Part shown: positions 34,112 to 49,762 of the stretch, one piece after another
Numbering within the stretch: the first letter of the stretch is position 1
Layout: every line of letters starts with the position of its first letter
Assembly (NCBI GenBank): GCA_963575745.1
Contig: CAUYUJ010000187.1
Coordinates: 1 to 64,000 of the forward strand
Source of the DNA: Prorocentrum cordatum
Taxonomy: Eukaryota
DNA: 64,000 bases
Direction: 5' to 3'
Position numbers and translations under genes: made by a program
The notes under the pieces: generated by a model
Database searches by the model: none
Seen by the model: the letters and a program-made list of their open reading frames with translations, nothing else
Told to the model about the DNA's origin: nothing

Positions 34112-34490
34112 ATATGCCGACTCCTGACGTATCAGTTGCTAGGGGGCAAGTCCCGCCCCCATGGGTTCCAGAGTTCACGAAACAACTCGACTCGCAATAC
34201 TTGCCCGCCAAGTTCAATTCAGTTGGTGGCATGCTGTATGATGTGTATATCGTTCTGTTGCGTATCTCAGAATCTATAATACGGGACCTGCAGGTGCTGG
34301 AGATTTGTCCGTATGGATCTGCTGAGTTCTCCCATGCTGCTCGGTTCAAAGATTTGCAGTGTGTGGAGTATAGTATGGTTAACCTTTGCTATCCTGTCGG
34401 CTTGTTCTGGACTGGTATTATGACCCGGGGGCTGCGGACCGATGGCATGTTGATAATGTCGCCGCAGCGCGCCACATGGAAACCATCGGC

Positions 34491-34573
<83 letters not shown>

Positions 34574-34749
34574 CAATCGAGCAAGGCAGAGACGATGGTG
34601 AAGGAGTAATCTCCTGTGCCGACGCGTTGGCAATGCTTCAAGACGTTGCGAATCATCGTGATGTAGAGTGGATGCTGGAAAAACCGTGTGGTTTCTTGTT
34701 CTTCAGCTACAACTCACAGAGGATTTTGCTGTCTGATCAGAAAGCTTAG
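34112..34749 (+). pseudogene. Possible degenerate C5 cytosine-methyltransferase-like ORF interrupted by (TA)n
   Basis: VLEICPYGSAEFS, LIMSPQRATW and WMLEKP loosely recall motifs I, IV and VI in the correct order; catalytic residues are not intact. Confidence 0.3.
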
Positions 34750-35236
34750 AGGATTCTAGTGTGGCGCTACGGCGCAGAGAGCTACAGGATGTGCAGTCCG
34801 AAGGTTCATGCTGTGCTTTTGAAGTGCATGGAGGCCCAACCGATCTATGACCCCGAGGCCGAAAATCACAGGGTTATCGGGTGTGTGGGATATCGGCTTC
34901 GGGCTCGTCGCGGATCGGCGTCGGGGATGTCTTGACTACCGTCATCGTCGACGCGACGGTGGGCGGGAGGGCGGGGGCAAGAGGCGGCGCAATAACACAT
35001 GAGGGTCATGATGATGAGGTTGAGGAGGACGACGAGGATGATCAGGAGGGGGAGGACGAGGAGGATCTCGAGAAGGCTCGAGGAAGGACGGGGGATAGGG
35101 AGAAGGGAGAACGCAGGAGAGGGGGGGAGGATGAGGGCGAGGACGAGGAGTCCTTCCCTGGGCAGGGGAGGTGTGAGAGCGGCGGCGTCGGGCTGTCGGG
35201 GCAGGCAGCCGTTGCGCAGCCATCGTCGGCGTCGGT

Positions 35237-35278
<42 letters not shown>

Positions 35279-35611
35279 TCCTCGGGGTACGTCTTCCCTT
35301 CGCACTCCGCATCCCCTCCTCCTCCTCCTCGATCCTTTTACGATTACGCAGTATGGATGCTACTTTCCTATCCCTCCGACCCTGGGCAACCGTGGCCCCG
35401 CTTCCCCCGCGCAGGATGCAATTGTGTTGTTTAGATATATCGTATGCGTTTGGTTAGGTCGGGACGTCCCTGGTCATTCGGCACGATGTCGGATTGGCGT
35501 GTTCACTGCCCCCGTCGCTCGAAACGGCGTTCTCGCCCCACCGCGGGCGGACATTTCTGGGATCGATCGATCGCGAAGATCGCCGCGGAGGAGAGGAGGA
35601 GAGGAGGGGGG

Positions 35612-35711
35612 NNNNNNNNNNNNNNNNNNNNNNNNNNNNNNNNNNNNNNNNNNNNNNNNNNNNNNNNNNNNNNNNNNNNNNNNNNNNNNNNNNNNNNNNN
35701 NNNNNNNNNNN
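35612..35711. other. Assembly gap (100 N)
   Basis: Run of N; continuity across it is unverified. Confidence 1.
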
Positions 35712-36214
35712 GTGGTGGTGGTGGTGGTGGTGGTGGTGGTGGTGGTGGTGGTGGTGGTGGTGGTGGTGGTGGTGGTGGTGGTGATGATGATGATGATGAT
35801 GAGGAGGAGGACAAACAGCAGAGCAAGAGGATGGGGGAGAAGTGTGAAACAAATGAGGGGGAGGAGGATGACACGGAAGAGGCGAAGGAGGGGAACTGCA
35901 CCATTTTCTTGGTGCCGCATTTACAAGGTCGCTATGGCGCACCGCGGTGCACGAGGCACCGCCGCCCACGAACGTGCCCGCTGCAATGTACAACCGATCC
36001 GCGGACGTAGACAAACACGCGCGTCGAACGCACCACCAGGAACAAACTTACATCGCAAACGGTGAACGCGCGCACGCAATTAGAAAGCAACGCGTCTCGT
36101 CCACGCACGATGTCCGACGTTTGCCGATAACGTGTGCGCGCGCCTGTCGTAACAATGCGAAATCGCGGGGACTCTCGCCATTTTTTTTTTTTTTCTTTTC
36201 TTTCTCTCTCTTCC

Positions 36215-39200
36215 AGCCCTCCTTGGTTGGGTATTCGTTTTGAATAGAGCAGTGTGGTCGCGTCCTTCCTCCTCCCGCCTCCCGCCTCTTTCCTGCCTCT
36301 TTCTGTCTTGCCTGCGGGGGGCTGCGATCTGTGAAACTGTCGCCACTTTCGAGGCCTGCTGGGGGGTCCTGCATAGAGGGTAACCGCGGCTGATTCAAAT
36401 TAGACCTCGCCATCCCTGGGGGGCTGCGATCCGTGAAACTGTCGCCACTTTCGAGGCCTGCTGGGGGGTAATCGCGGCGGATTCAAATTAGACCTCGCCA
36501 TCCCTGGGGGGCTGCGATCTGTGAAACTGTCACCACTTTCGAGGCCTGCTGGGGGGTCCTGCGTAGAGGGTAATCGCGGCGGATTCAAATTAGACCTCGC
36601 CATCCCTGGGGGGCTGCGATCTGTGAAACTGTCGCCACTTTCGAGGCCTGCTGGGGGGTCCTGCCTAGAGGGTAATCGCGGCGGATTCAAATTAGACCTC
36701 GCCATCCCTGGGGGGCTGCGATCTGTGAAACTGTCGCCACTTTCGAGGCCTGCTGGGGGGTCCTGCATAGAGGGTAATCGCGGCGGTTTCAAATTAGACC
36801 TCGCCATCCCTGGGGGGCTGCGATCTGTGAAACTGTCGCCACTTTCGAGGCCTGCTGGGGGGTCCTGCATAGAGGGTAATCGCGGCGGATTCTAATTAGA
36901 CCTCGCCATCCCTGGGGGGCTGCGATCTGTGAAACTGTCGCCACTTTCGAGGCCTGCTGGGGGGTCCTGCATAGAGGGTAATCGCGGCGGATTCAAATTA
37001 GACCTCGCCATCCCTGGGGGGCTGCGATCTGTGAAACTGTCGCCACTTTCGAGGCCTGCTGGGGGGTCTTGCATAGAGGGTAATCGCGGCGGATTCAAAT
37101 TAGACCTCGCCATCCCTGGTGGGCTGCGATCTGTGAAACAGTCGCCACTTTCGAGGCCTGCTGGGGGGCCCAGTAGCAGGGGGGGGGCCAACAGTGACGC
37201 AACGCAGATGTCAAATTAGCCCTCACATCCCTGGGGGGCTGCGATCTGTGAAACTGTCGCCACTTTTGAGGCCTGCTGGGGGGCCCAGCACAGTGGGTAC
37301 TCACCGCAGACTCAAATGGGACCTCGCCATCCCTGGGGGGCTGCGATCTGTGAAACTGTCGCCACTTTCGAGGCCTGCTGGGGGGCCGAGCACAGTGGCG
37401 CCAGGCGCGGACCAAAATTAGACCTGGGAATCCCTGGGGGGCTGCGATTTGTGAAACTGTCGCCACTTTCGAGGCCTGCTGGGGGGGGGGCCAGCACAGT
37501 GACGCCACGCGCGGACCCAAATTAGACCTCGCCATCCCTGGGGGGGCTGCGATCTGTGAAACTGTCGCCACTTTCGAGGCCTGCTGGGGGGCCCCAGCAC
37601 AGTGACGCCACGGGCGGACCCAAATTAGACCTCGCCATCCCTGGGGGGCTGCGATCTGTGAAACTTTCGCCGCTTTCGAGGCCTGCTGGGGGGCCCAGCA
37701 CAGTGACGCCACGGGCGGACCCAAATTAGACCTCGCCATCCCTGGGGGGCGGCGATCTGTGAAACTGTCGCCAATGTCGCCACTTTCGAGGCCTGCTGGG
37801 GGGCCCAGCACAGTGACGCCACGGGCGGACCCAAATTAGACCTCGCCATCCCTGGGGGGCTGCGATCTGAGATCCCCGCTTTCGAAGTGGCTAGGGTTGC
37901 TCAGGGATTGTAACGAATCAGCTTTATCTAGTCCTTGTCCTGTAACCAGTGTCCTGTGAGTCTCCCGAATTCCGTCTGGAGGCATATGTAACCCTCGCTC
38001 CGTCATCGCCCCCCTTTATAAAGTGTCCTAAACTATTTGCGCCCCGCGTTTGCGGAGGGGTTGGGTACGTCGCCAGGGTTAATTTTTTCCCAACCTCCCT
38101 CCTTGGTTTGGGTATTCGTTTTTGAAATAGAGCATGCACGGTCGCGTCTCTTCCTCTCCCGGCCTACCGCCTCTTTCGGTCTCTTTCTGTCTTTGCCTGT
38201 GTCGGGAGGCTGCGATCTGTGAAAAACTGTCTGTTCTTTCGAGGCCTTGCTGGGGGGTCCTTGAGTAGAGGGTAATGCGGCGGATTTTCAAAAGTAGACC
38301 CTGCCAATCCTTGGGGGGCTGCGATCTTGTGAAACGGTCGCCACTTTCGGGCCTCCTTTGTGGGGGGTCCTTGCATAGAGGGTAAATCGCGGCGGATTAA
38401 AAATTTGACTCCGCCATCCCTGGGGGGGGGGGGCTGCGATTCTGTGAAACTGTTCGCCACTTTCGAGGCCTCGGGGGGGGTCTGCATAGTGGGTAGCCTT
38501 CGCGGCGGATTCAAATGGGACCTCGCCATCCCTGGGGGGCTGCGATCTGTGAAACTGTCGCCACTTTCGAGGCCTGCTGGGGGGCCCAGCACAGTGTGCA
38601 CCCGCGGCGGATTCAAATGGGACCTCTCCATCCCTGGGGGGCTGCGATCTGTGAAACTGTCGCCACTTTCGAGGCCTGCTGGGGGGCCCAGCACAGTGAG
38701 GGCCACGCGCAGATTCAAATTAGACCTCGCCATCCCTGGGGGGCTGCGATCTGCGAAACTGTCGCCATTTTCGAGGCCTGCTGGGGGGCCCAGCACAGTG
38801 AGGGCCACGCGCGGATTCAAATTAGACCTCGCCATCCCTGGGGGGCTGCGATCTGCGAAACTGTCGCCATTTTCGAGGCCTGCTGGGGGGCCCAGCACAG
38901 TGAGGGCCACGCGCGGATTCAAATTAGACCTCGCCATCCCTGGGGGGCTGCGATCTGCGAAACTGTCGCCATTTTCGAGGCCTGCTGGGGGGCCCAGCAC
39001 AGTGAGGGCCACGCGCAGATTCAAATTAGACCTCGCCATCCCTGGGGGGCTGCGATCTGCGAAACTGCGCCATTTTCGAGGCCTGCTGGGGGGCCCAGCA
39101 CAGTGAGGGCCACGCGCGGATTCAAATTAGACCTCGCCATCCCTGGGGGGGTGCGATCTGCGAAACTGCCGCCATCGAGGCCTGCTTCGATTCAAAGGAC

Positions 39201-39587
39201 CTCGCCATCCCTGCTGCGATCTGGAACCTGTCGCGAGCAGCAGTGAGGGCCACACGGGCCAGATCTGCAAATCGAGGCCTGCTGGGGGGCCCAGCCAGTG
39301 AGGGCCACGGGCAGATTCCACCTCGCCGTCCCTGCGGGGCTGCGATCTGTGAACCTGTCGCCACTTTCGAGGCCTGCTGTGATCCCCGTTTTCGAAGTGG
39401 CTAGGAGTGCTCAGGAATTGTAAATCATCAGCTTTATCAAGCCCTTTTCCTGTAGCCAGTGTCCTGCGAGTCTCCCGAATTCCGTCTGCAGACATATGTA
39501 ACCCTCGCTCCGTCATCGCCCCCTTATAAAGTATCCTAAACTATTTGCGCCCCGCTTTTGCGCAGGGGTTGGGTACGTCGCCAGGGT
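36215..39587. repeat. Two head-to-tail copies (~36215-38079 and ~38090-39587) of an element with internal ~102-bp tandem repeats
   Basis: GACCTCGCCATCCCT at 36491, 36593 and 36695 (period 102). Shared leader (36215-36300 ~ 38095-38200) and shared tail (37871-38079 ~ 39380-39587). Confidence 0.88.
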
Positions 39588-39739
39588 AATTATATATATA
39601 TATATAAATTAGAATCGAACGTACCGCAACAATGAAAACATCGCACATTTCATGTGGGATGCGGCTGAAACAACCATTACTTCCGATCTATAACAATTTA
39701 GGTCTTAAGTTCCGGGCCACCTATAGTTCGGGGTGGACC

Positions 39740-40050
39740 TCTGGGTTTGGATTTTGGCATGCGCGCGCAACGACGCGCGCGAGTGCACTTCGTCAATTTT
39801 TTTTGCAAGGGATTTGCGAAAAAGTGTTATATTAGAATACAACAAATCGCCGCATAGTTTTTTTGGTCTAAAAAAAGGGGCCCTCAGGGGGGGGGGAACC
39901 CGGTTGGCCTGGGACATTGTGATGTCATTTTTAGGATGGCCATGTGGTCATAATCATATGTGATTTACATACCCGAAAGGGGGGCCGATAATGCCGGGGG
40001 GGGGGGGGGGGGGTAGATCCGATTCTTTTCTTAGAAAGGAGAATCTATGT
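39740..40050 (+). repeat. Dispersed repeat, copy 1 (copy 2 at ~52030-52315)
   Basis: Shared GCGCGCGC(A/G)ACGACGCGCGC...TGCACTTCG...CAAGGGATT and TTAGAAAGGAGAAT. Confidence 0.6.
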
Positions 40051-40075
40051 GGGGCCATATATATATGTATGTATA

Positions 40076-40130
<55 letters not shown>

Positions 40131-41399
40131 CACTCTTCGCGTTGTAATATTTATAGGTGAAGCGATCTATGTTTGCAATCTATGTTGATCGATCTACTTG
40201 CTGCAGTCATTGTGGTGCAGTCTGTGTTAGGCAATATGTGTGGAGCAATCTGGGTGGTGCAATAGATGTGATGCGATCTATGCGGCGCAACCTGTGTAGA
40301 GCAGTGTATGTCGCGCAATCTATGTGGTGTGATTCGTGATGTTCAATCTATGTGGTGTGATCTAGGTTGTGTAATCTATTTGGTGCGATCAATGTGCAAA
40401 GAACGCCCCTCCCCGCCGAGCGGCTGGGTGACGCTGGCCACAGCGCCTTCCAGCCTTCACCACATGTCCACATCATGCTATCGCGAATGGCCTGCCTTTT
40501 CTTGCGCTTGGCGGTGCTCCTTCGCTCACCGCATTCGCACGGCCACTGCAACGGCTTCCAGGGGCAGAGGAACTGACTTTTGGAGGAGCGGTACCTCCAA
40601 TTGCTTGCACCCAGATTTCGTTAGGGACTGCATGGGTAACGCGACTCAAGGATTTAAGCGGGTGTTCACACATTGCATATAACACGCAGCTTCAAACGTG
40701 ATCTGCTTCGTGCCTGGTGCGTTCGAGCATCGGGTATGCAAGCAAACATGCATCATAAAACAAGGCCAGGCACCGCTGAACAAGCACGGGGGTCTGCACG
40801 CAGCCACGCAAACAATCACACTGCAAACCCGTCGCGGCAATAAGCAACCAAAATGTAGGCGCAACGTAATACGACTTCAGGTGTGCATCCACAGAAGACG
40901 GCACATGTACGCAACCTCGAGGCGGCTGCCGCGAACCCACTCGCCAAGACTGGTCGAGACCTCCTGCTGGCAAGCCTATCAACCCATCCCGTCACCGTGC
41001 CTGGGTTATCGGTCAGAGGCCCCAAGGATGCTTGTGAGGATCTCTTGGGAGACCTCTCGGAAGCCTCTTGGAGGCGTTTTTTTGGGGCGTCTCGGGGTCT
41101 CGGGGGCTTCTTGGGGTCTGACTTGGGCGTCCTGGGGCTTCTTGGGGGCTTCGTGAGGGCACTTCGGGGGCCTCTGGGGTGATCTTGGGCCAACTTGGGC
41201 GGAGGGCCCAGATGTCGGTTCGTGTACTCCCTTTCGGGTCCCTCTCTGGGCTAAGGCGGTGCGCGGCAAAATCAGAAAACAGCCGATGGATTTTGACGAT
41301 TTGGGCCTCCTGGGCCGCCTCCAGGACGTCCAGGACGGCCCCGGAGGCGCCGGTGAGGGCTCCAGGGCGGTCCTCGGGGCCATGTTTGCCCATGTTGGA

Positions 41400-42320
41400 C
41401 ACGCATGTCCCGAGCCACGTGCTCGTGGTTTCTGGGAAAGTCACGCGAGCATTGTGGAAGTCGACTAGTTGAGAGGAAGCATGCTGCCGAGTACTTTCCA
41501 GATGTCTCAAGAATGTTTCAAGCATGTTCCAAACATGTACAACCATGTGCAAGACATGTTTGGGACATGTTTCCTGCAGTTCGAGTGCATTCAAAATTCA
41601 ATGATAGGACTGTTAGGGTGTCCACTGTTGTGGCATCCGCGAGAAGAGTCACGCGAGCCAGTCCCACGAGCGCCCTGGAGCGCCAGAGAGCGACCGGAAT
41701 GCCGGGCGCTGGGCCCCTGAAAGAGCACCTGCAAGGTGGATCGAGAGAGCTCGAAGGGGGCCGAAGACGCTACAGTTTGCGCCTCGTGGCACAGTTTTGT
41801 GGAAGTCGATTAATGGAGAGGAATCATGCTGCCAAATATTTTCCAGATGTCTAAAACATGTTTCAAACATGCTTGAAAACACAAAACATGTTGAACACAT
41901 GTCTAGGACATTTTTCTTGCATTCTGAAAACATTCAAAATTCAATGATAGGGCTGTTAGGGTGTCCAGTGTCGTGGCATCCACGAGGAGAGTCACACGAG
42001 CCAGTCCCACGAGCGCCCTGGAGCGCGGGATAGCGACCGGAATGCCGGGCGGTGGGCCCCTGAAAGAGCGCTTGCAAGGTCTGATCCAGAGAGCTCGAAG
42101 GGGGCTGAAGACGCTCCAGCTTGTGCCTCGGGGCATGGAAGCGGGTTCATCCTTGTGGAATTCGATCAGTGGAGGGGAAGCAGGCTGCCAAACATTTTCC
42201 AGTTGTCTAAAGCATGTTTCAAGCATGCTTTAAACATATACAAACATGCTTGAAGCATTTTTAGAACATGTTTTACACGCTGTAGAACATTAGAGAGTGT
42301 CCATTGTCATGGCATCCACA
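41400..42320. repeat. Diverged ~345-bp tandem repeat (about 2.5 copies) rich in ACATGT/CATG
   Basis: TCAATGATAGG.CTGTTAGGGTGTCCA at ~41598 and 41941. Confidence 0.75.
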
Positions 42321-43897
42321 AGTTTATACATGGGCACTAGCACTATATAGAAAGCTATGGGATTTGTTGTTTGTCCCCTCCCTCAGTTCGCTCTGCACTC
42401 TGTACATAAGATTGCATGTCAAGCCCTGCTTAGTCTATAGTCAGCTCTGCTCTGTATTCTATGATGTGTACATGCTCTCTCGTCTGTGCGATCTACTATC
42501 GCATTGTGGCCTATCTCCTTGTATAGATCTCCTAATATCTCTTCTCTCTATGTGTATGTATGTATATAAGCAGAAATGGTCGTTGTCACAAGTGCTCTCC
42601 CTCTTTCTATCTTCCGTCTCTCTCTCTCTCTCCCTGTCTCTCTCTCTCTCTCTCTCTCCTTCTCTCCCTGTATCTCTCTCGCTCTCTGTCGCCCTCTCTC
42701 TCTCTCTCTCTCTCCCCCTTCACTTCTGCTACTGACTTGTGGATGATTCAAAAGTCGCTCTGCCGCCTACTTTCCAACTTCTGTTGGAGAGGCTTCCGCC
42801 TTTCCACCGACCCCAGGGAGATGTGCGGTTTCCGAGTTCTCCCCGTCGTGCTGTCTGTGTGTAGCTGCTGCTGATCCGGCCTCATCTTTCTCCGCGTCTG
42901 CCGCGGGCTTCTTGGGGGCCTCTTCGAGGCCAACGTGGGGGACCACTTGCAGCTTTCTCAGGGCTCCTGGGCCTTTGAGGACCCCCTGGCGACGTCTTGG
43001 AGGCCCCTTGGGGGCATGTTGGGGCTCTTGGGATCTTGTGTAGGAGGCTTCCGGGGTAGTTGCGAGTTCCCCCTCTCTCAGCATTTGTGGTAGTCTTGGA
43101 GGCCTCTTGGGCCGCCTTCGGGCCCTAGGGAGCTGGTGCGCCATGGCCACTGGGTCGCCCAGTAGACGGAGGAATTTGCTGAGTGATGGGTGCCTGCAGA
43201 GGCGCTGGCCTCGATGCCTCCGATTGCGCAGCCTTCTGTTCCTGTGTGTTCGCAAGTTTTTTCGGACACGCGTGGTGTTGATGCAGACGAGCTGGCGCAG
43301 GAAGCAACCGCGGCAGCTGAGGCTCCCGTGGCCTGCTACCTGGCGCGGCATCGGGGCCTACTTCATGTGTGTTCACGAGTTTTTTTCGGACACGTGGTGT
43401 TGATGCAGAGCAGCTGGCAGAGGGCGCCACCCTGGTAAGCGTGGCCCGGCGCGGCATCGGAACTTACCGCTGGTGGAGGAGGGCGTGGGGGATGAGAGAG
43501 GGCAGTTGACATCTCTGGATGCTCCGTCTCACCGTGCGCCGTGGCCATGGGGTCGTTCAGCCGACGCCAGAAATTGCTGAGTAATAAGTGCGCGCAGAGG
43601 CGTTGGCCTCGATGCATCCGATTGCGCAGCCATCTGTTCGTGTGCGTTCGCGAGTTTCTTCGGTCACGCGTGGTGTTGATGCAGGCGAGCTGGTGCAGGA
43701 ATTAACCGCGGCAGCTGCGGCTCCCGTGGCCTGCCGAGGAATACCCTGCGCGGCGTCGCGACCTACCGCGGGGGGGGGGCGAGGAGGCGGAGGTGGAGGG
43801 TAACGCGAGTATGAGGAGGGGGTGTAGTAGGTATGATGCGCGGCGACTCTGCGCGCGAGGCGCGGAAGCATGACGGCGCAGCGTCTCGAATTTCGAC

Positions 43898-45068
43898 GGT
43901 GCCTGGACCTCGGGTTCGGCGAGTGTGGCTCTGTGCGCTCGTTGGCCGACGTTATCCTGCGTGGAGTTCGCTTTCGACAAGTGTTACAGGTTTTACTGCC
44001 GTTAGCAGTCTTGTCGGTGATGAGGTTGCCCCTCTTCACTCTTGCGCCGGCACGATGTTTTGGCATTTGTGTCGCTTACTTTATGGATGCCGTCTGGGTG
44101 TGCCTGTCATTCTAGTTCGTCTCTGACGATGCTGTTTGCTTGACTCACACCGAGCGATCGACCTCTGCGTGTTTATGGTCGCGCCGCCGCGCCATTTTGC
44201 TGCGCTTGCTTGCTGGTCGCTACCGGGATTTCCAACGCCACCGGGTTTGGGAGTATCGGTTCTGGCTCCTTCTGAGTGGCTGCCCGTTCGCTCGCTTCGC
44301 TTGCCTTGCTTTTCCTGCTGCCTAGTCGCGGCCCGACTCGTGTTCGGACGGCATTCGGCCCGCCTCGCGAGCCTGTTGACCAAAAGTATCCCCACCAGCA
44401 TGGCGTTCAGGTGATCTTGATTTCATGCAAGGATTCACGCAGGGAGTGGCGCTGCGTCGCATTCGTTGAGGTCAGGTGCCCCCTGGCCTGCTCCTGGCTG
44501 GTGTCGGCCCCTACTGGTGACCGGAAGGTTCGAGTGGGTCTGTCGCTACACTGCCTACTTTACGGTACCTGGACCTCGGGTTCGGCGAGTGTGGCTCTGT
44601 ACGCTCGTTGGCCGACGTTATCGTGCGTGGAGTTCGCTTTCGACAAGTGATACAGGTTTTACTGCCGTTTGCAGTCTTGTCGGTGATGAGGTTGCCCCTC
44701 TTCACTCTTGCGCCGGCACGATGTTTTGGCATTTGTGTCGCCTACTTTACGGATGTCGTCTGGGTGTGCCTGTCGGTTTATTTCGTCTCTGACGGTGCTG
44801 TTTGCCTGACTCACACCGAGCGATCGACCTCTGCGTGTTTATGGTCGCGCCGCCGCGCCATTTTGGCTGCGTTTGCTTGCTGGTCGCCACCGGTATTTCC
44901 AACGCCACCGGGTTTGGGAGTATCGGTTCTGGCTCTCCTTCTGAGTGGCTGCCCGCTCGCTCGCTTCGCTTGCCTTTCTTTTCCTGCTGCCTAGTCGCGA
45001 CCCGACTAGTGTTCGGACGGCTTTCGACCCGCCTCGCGAGCCTGTTGACCGAAAGTATCTCCACCAGC
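43898..45068. repeat. Direct duplication of ~500 bp (43898-44400 and ~44563-45068)
   Basis: Both copies start GGT(G/A)CCTGGACCTCGGGTTCGGCGAGTGTGG and end AAAGTATC.CCACCAGC. Confidence 0.85.
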
Positions 45069-47118
45069 CTCCTGTTTGCCTCTCTCCTGATCGTCCTTGT
45101 TATTTTCATTCGCCGTTCTCTGCTTTTGCGCTGATTTAGGCCGTTGTTAGTTTGCAATTCCTTGGGCGCCGCCCGACATTGATTGCTTCGCCGCGGTCGC
45201 GATCAAAAAAATATCCCCACCAATCCATCCATAACCGGTGCCCAGGCGGGTTGCCTTGATCAGGAACGTGTAGGAACATACCTTGCAACAAGTGTTGGAT
45301 CAGGCTGATGAGACGCATATTGAAGCCGAACGCAAGGAGGATGATGAGACGATGAGGAGGACGAGGAGTGGGACGAGGACGAAAATAATGCAGAAGAAAA
45401 TGACGAACAGGGGAACGAGGAGGACGATGTGGGCGAGAAAACGACGAAAACGAGGAGGAAGAGGATCGCTCAGAGTCTGGCAACTTTTTTGGGGTCTACT
45501 GGAGGCTCTCTGAGGGTCCTGTTGGGACTCTCGCGGCCCTCCTGGGGCCCTTTTGGGGCTACTGTTCAGGGCCTGCGGGTCCTCTTGGGGCTCTTCTGGG
45601 GAGTCTCGGGGCTCTCTTGGGGCCCTCTTGGGGGTCTGAGGAATCTTGAAGGGCCTCTTGGGGCCATCATGTAGGGCGGCGGTCCGAAGAGGGGGCCGCT
45701 TCATGATAGTGATGGTGATCGTATCGAAGCCCTACATTTCGCGACTATTTCGGCTATGGCGGCATGGGCGCCGGATGGGGCATGGGTCGGAGCCATACTG
45801 ACGGTCATCGGGTATTATCCGTCGACTTGGTTGTCATTGCTCTGCACTTGGTCCTGATCTCAGAACTTGTACTGGGTGGTCGTCGTTCCGTTGAAGTTGA
45901 TCACTGCCGTGACCTGCGTCTGTCGTGGCCGCTCTGCTGCTTGGCAGCCTGGCCACGAACGCGGCTCACTTCAACGTCACACTTAGGGCTCCCGGCGCTC
46001 GCGTTTTCTCGCAGCTATCGGGCAGCGGGCCCTTGAGGTGCAGGAGTTACGCTGTTTCCGGAGCCCGTGCCGGAGAAAAGAGCTCGCCCAAGTGCTCCTC
46101 AGTCGACGGCTGACAGCAGCGAGACCGCGGTGCCCAGAGGTCGACCAGGGACGCAGCTTCCGCCGACGGCAGTGTGGAGCAAGCGGGAACAGGGGAGATT
46201 GAGCTCCTTTCCGATCAGGTCGCCAGCGAAGGTAGCTTTGGCATTGATGTGTCGGGCTTCTACGACACTGCCCTGGTGGCGGTGAAGGCGCGGACAGATG
46301 ACATTGCAAAGAACGGCGGCTCGAGGCTGCTGCAGCGAGCCAGCGATCCTTCCCCCCCTCCGTCACCCCAACACACTGCGTATGTTTACGGGGCGTGCAG
46401 GCGTGTATGGACGGTGCTCCGAGCAAATTGTGCCTGGTGCTGGCTTGCTTCGTGGCCCAAAGAGGCCCGTGAAGCTGCGCTTTGAACTCTACAGGGCAGG
46501 GGCCTTCACCAAGCGCGCTCCACTACTCGCGCTTGCCTACTCGATGTAATATATCGTGAATCCCCCGCGGCGGATCGAGGCCATTTGCGAGTAGTCACTT
46601 TGCGAGTCGTGGAACGCTCCCGCGTAGGCCTGGCCTGCCGCCCCAGCATACCCCTCCTCCCCCCCCCTCATGACCGCCCCTCCGCCCCTCCCCGCCCCCT
46701 CCCTCCCGCTGGCCCCCATGGGGTGTCTCCCTCGGACGAGGGTCACCAGCGGGAGGAGGCACTCGACGATCACGACGGCGGCGGCGGCGGCGCCGACGAG
46801 GGGTGGCGCCGGTGGCGATGGCGGGCGACCATGGCGACGACAGCGGCGACGGGCGGCGCCCGCCTCGGCGCGCGGCGCTCGCAGCGGTCGCTGGGCGCGG
46901 CGCCCGCAGCGGTCACGGGGCCGCGGCGCGCGGGGCGGGCCCGCGCGCGCGGGCCGCCCGGCGGGCGGTGGCCCTCGCGCGCCTCGGGCCGCTGGAGGCT
47001 CCGCGCCCTCGTCGTGCCCTTCGCCGCGGCCGCTGCCCCCCCGCGCCGCCGCCGCCGCCGTCGTCTTCGTTGTCGTCATCGTCGTCTTCGCCTTCGTCGT
47101 CGTCATCGTCGTTGCAGT

Positions 47119-47153
<35 letters not shown>

Positions 47154-47441
47154 GCGTCGCCGTCGCCGTCGCCGTCGCCGCCGTCATCCGTGTTGTAGTT
47201 TTGTTGTTCTAGCTGTGTTTTCGGAGTCTTGGGAGAGCCTGGCTGAGTTTTCAAAGACGCCTACGGCGAACTATCGCCGCCCCCTGCCTTGCTGGAAACA
47301 CCCATGTTGCCAAACGTAGGTCCAATGGACCATGTGTTCCCCGAGCTGTTGTGGGACCCCTTGGGGGGACATTCTGGGGAGGAAGAGAGAGGAGGATGAG
47401 AAGGAGATGGAGCAGAAGCAATAGGACAAATATGAGAAGGA

Positions 47442-49762
<2,321 letters not shown>

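Noticed and set aside
36400..39246. ORFs with 34-aa repeats
   Set aside because: They arise because the 102-bp monomer is a multiple of three; they are open on both strands and broken by indels.
44857..44868. GCCATTTTGGCT as a second spliced-leader relic
   Set aside because: Only 12 nt match, CAAG is missing, it lies inside a local duplication, and no ORF follows.
46174..46485. Possible host exon (EQAGTGEIELLSDQVASEGSFGIDVSGFYDTAL...)
   Set aside because: It looks coding-like but has no recognisable homology or supportable gene structure.
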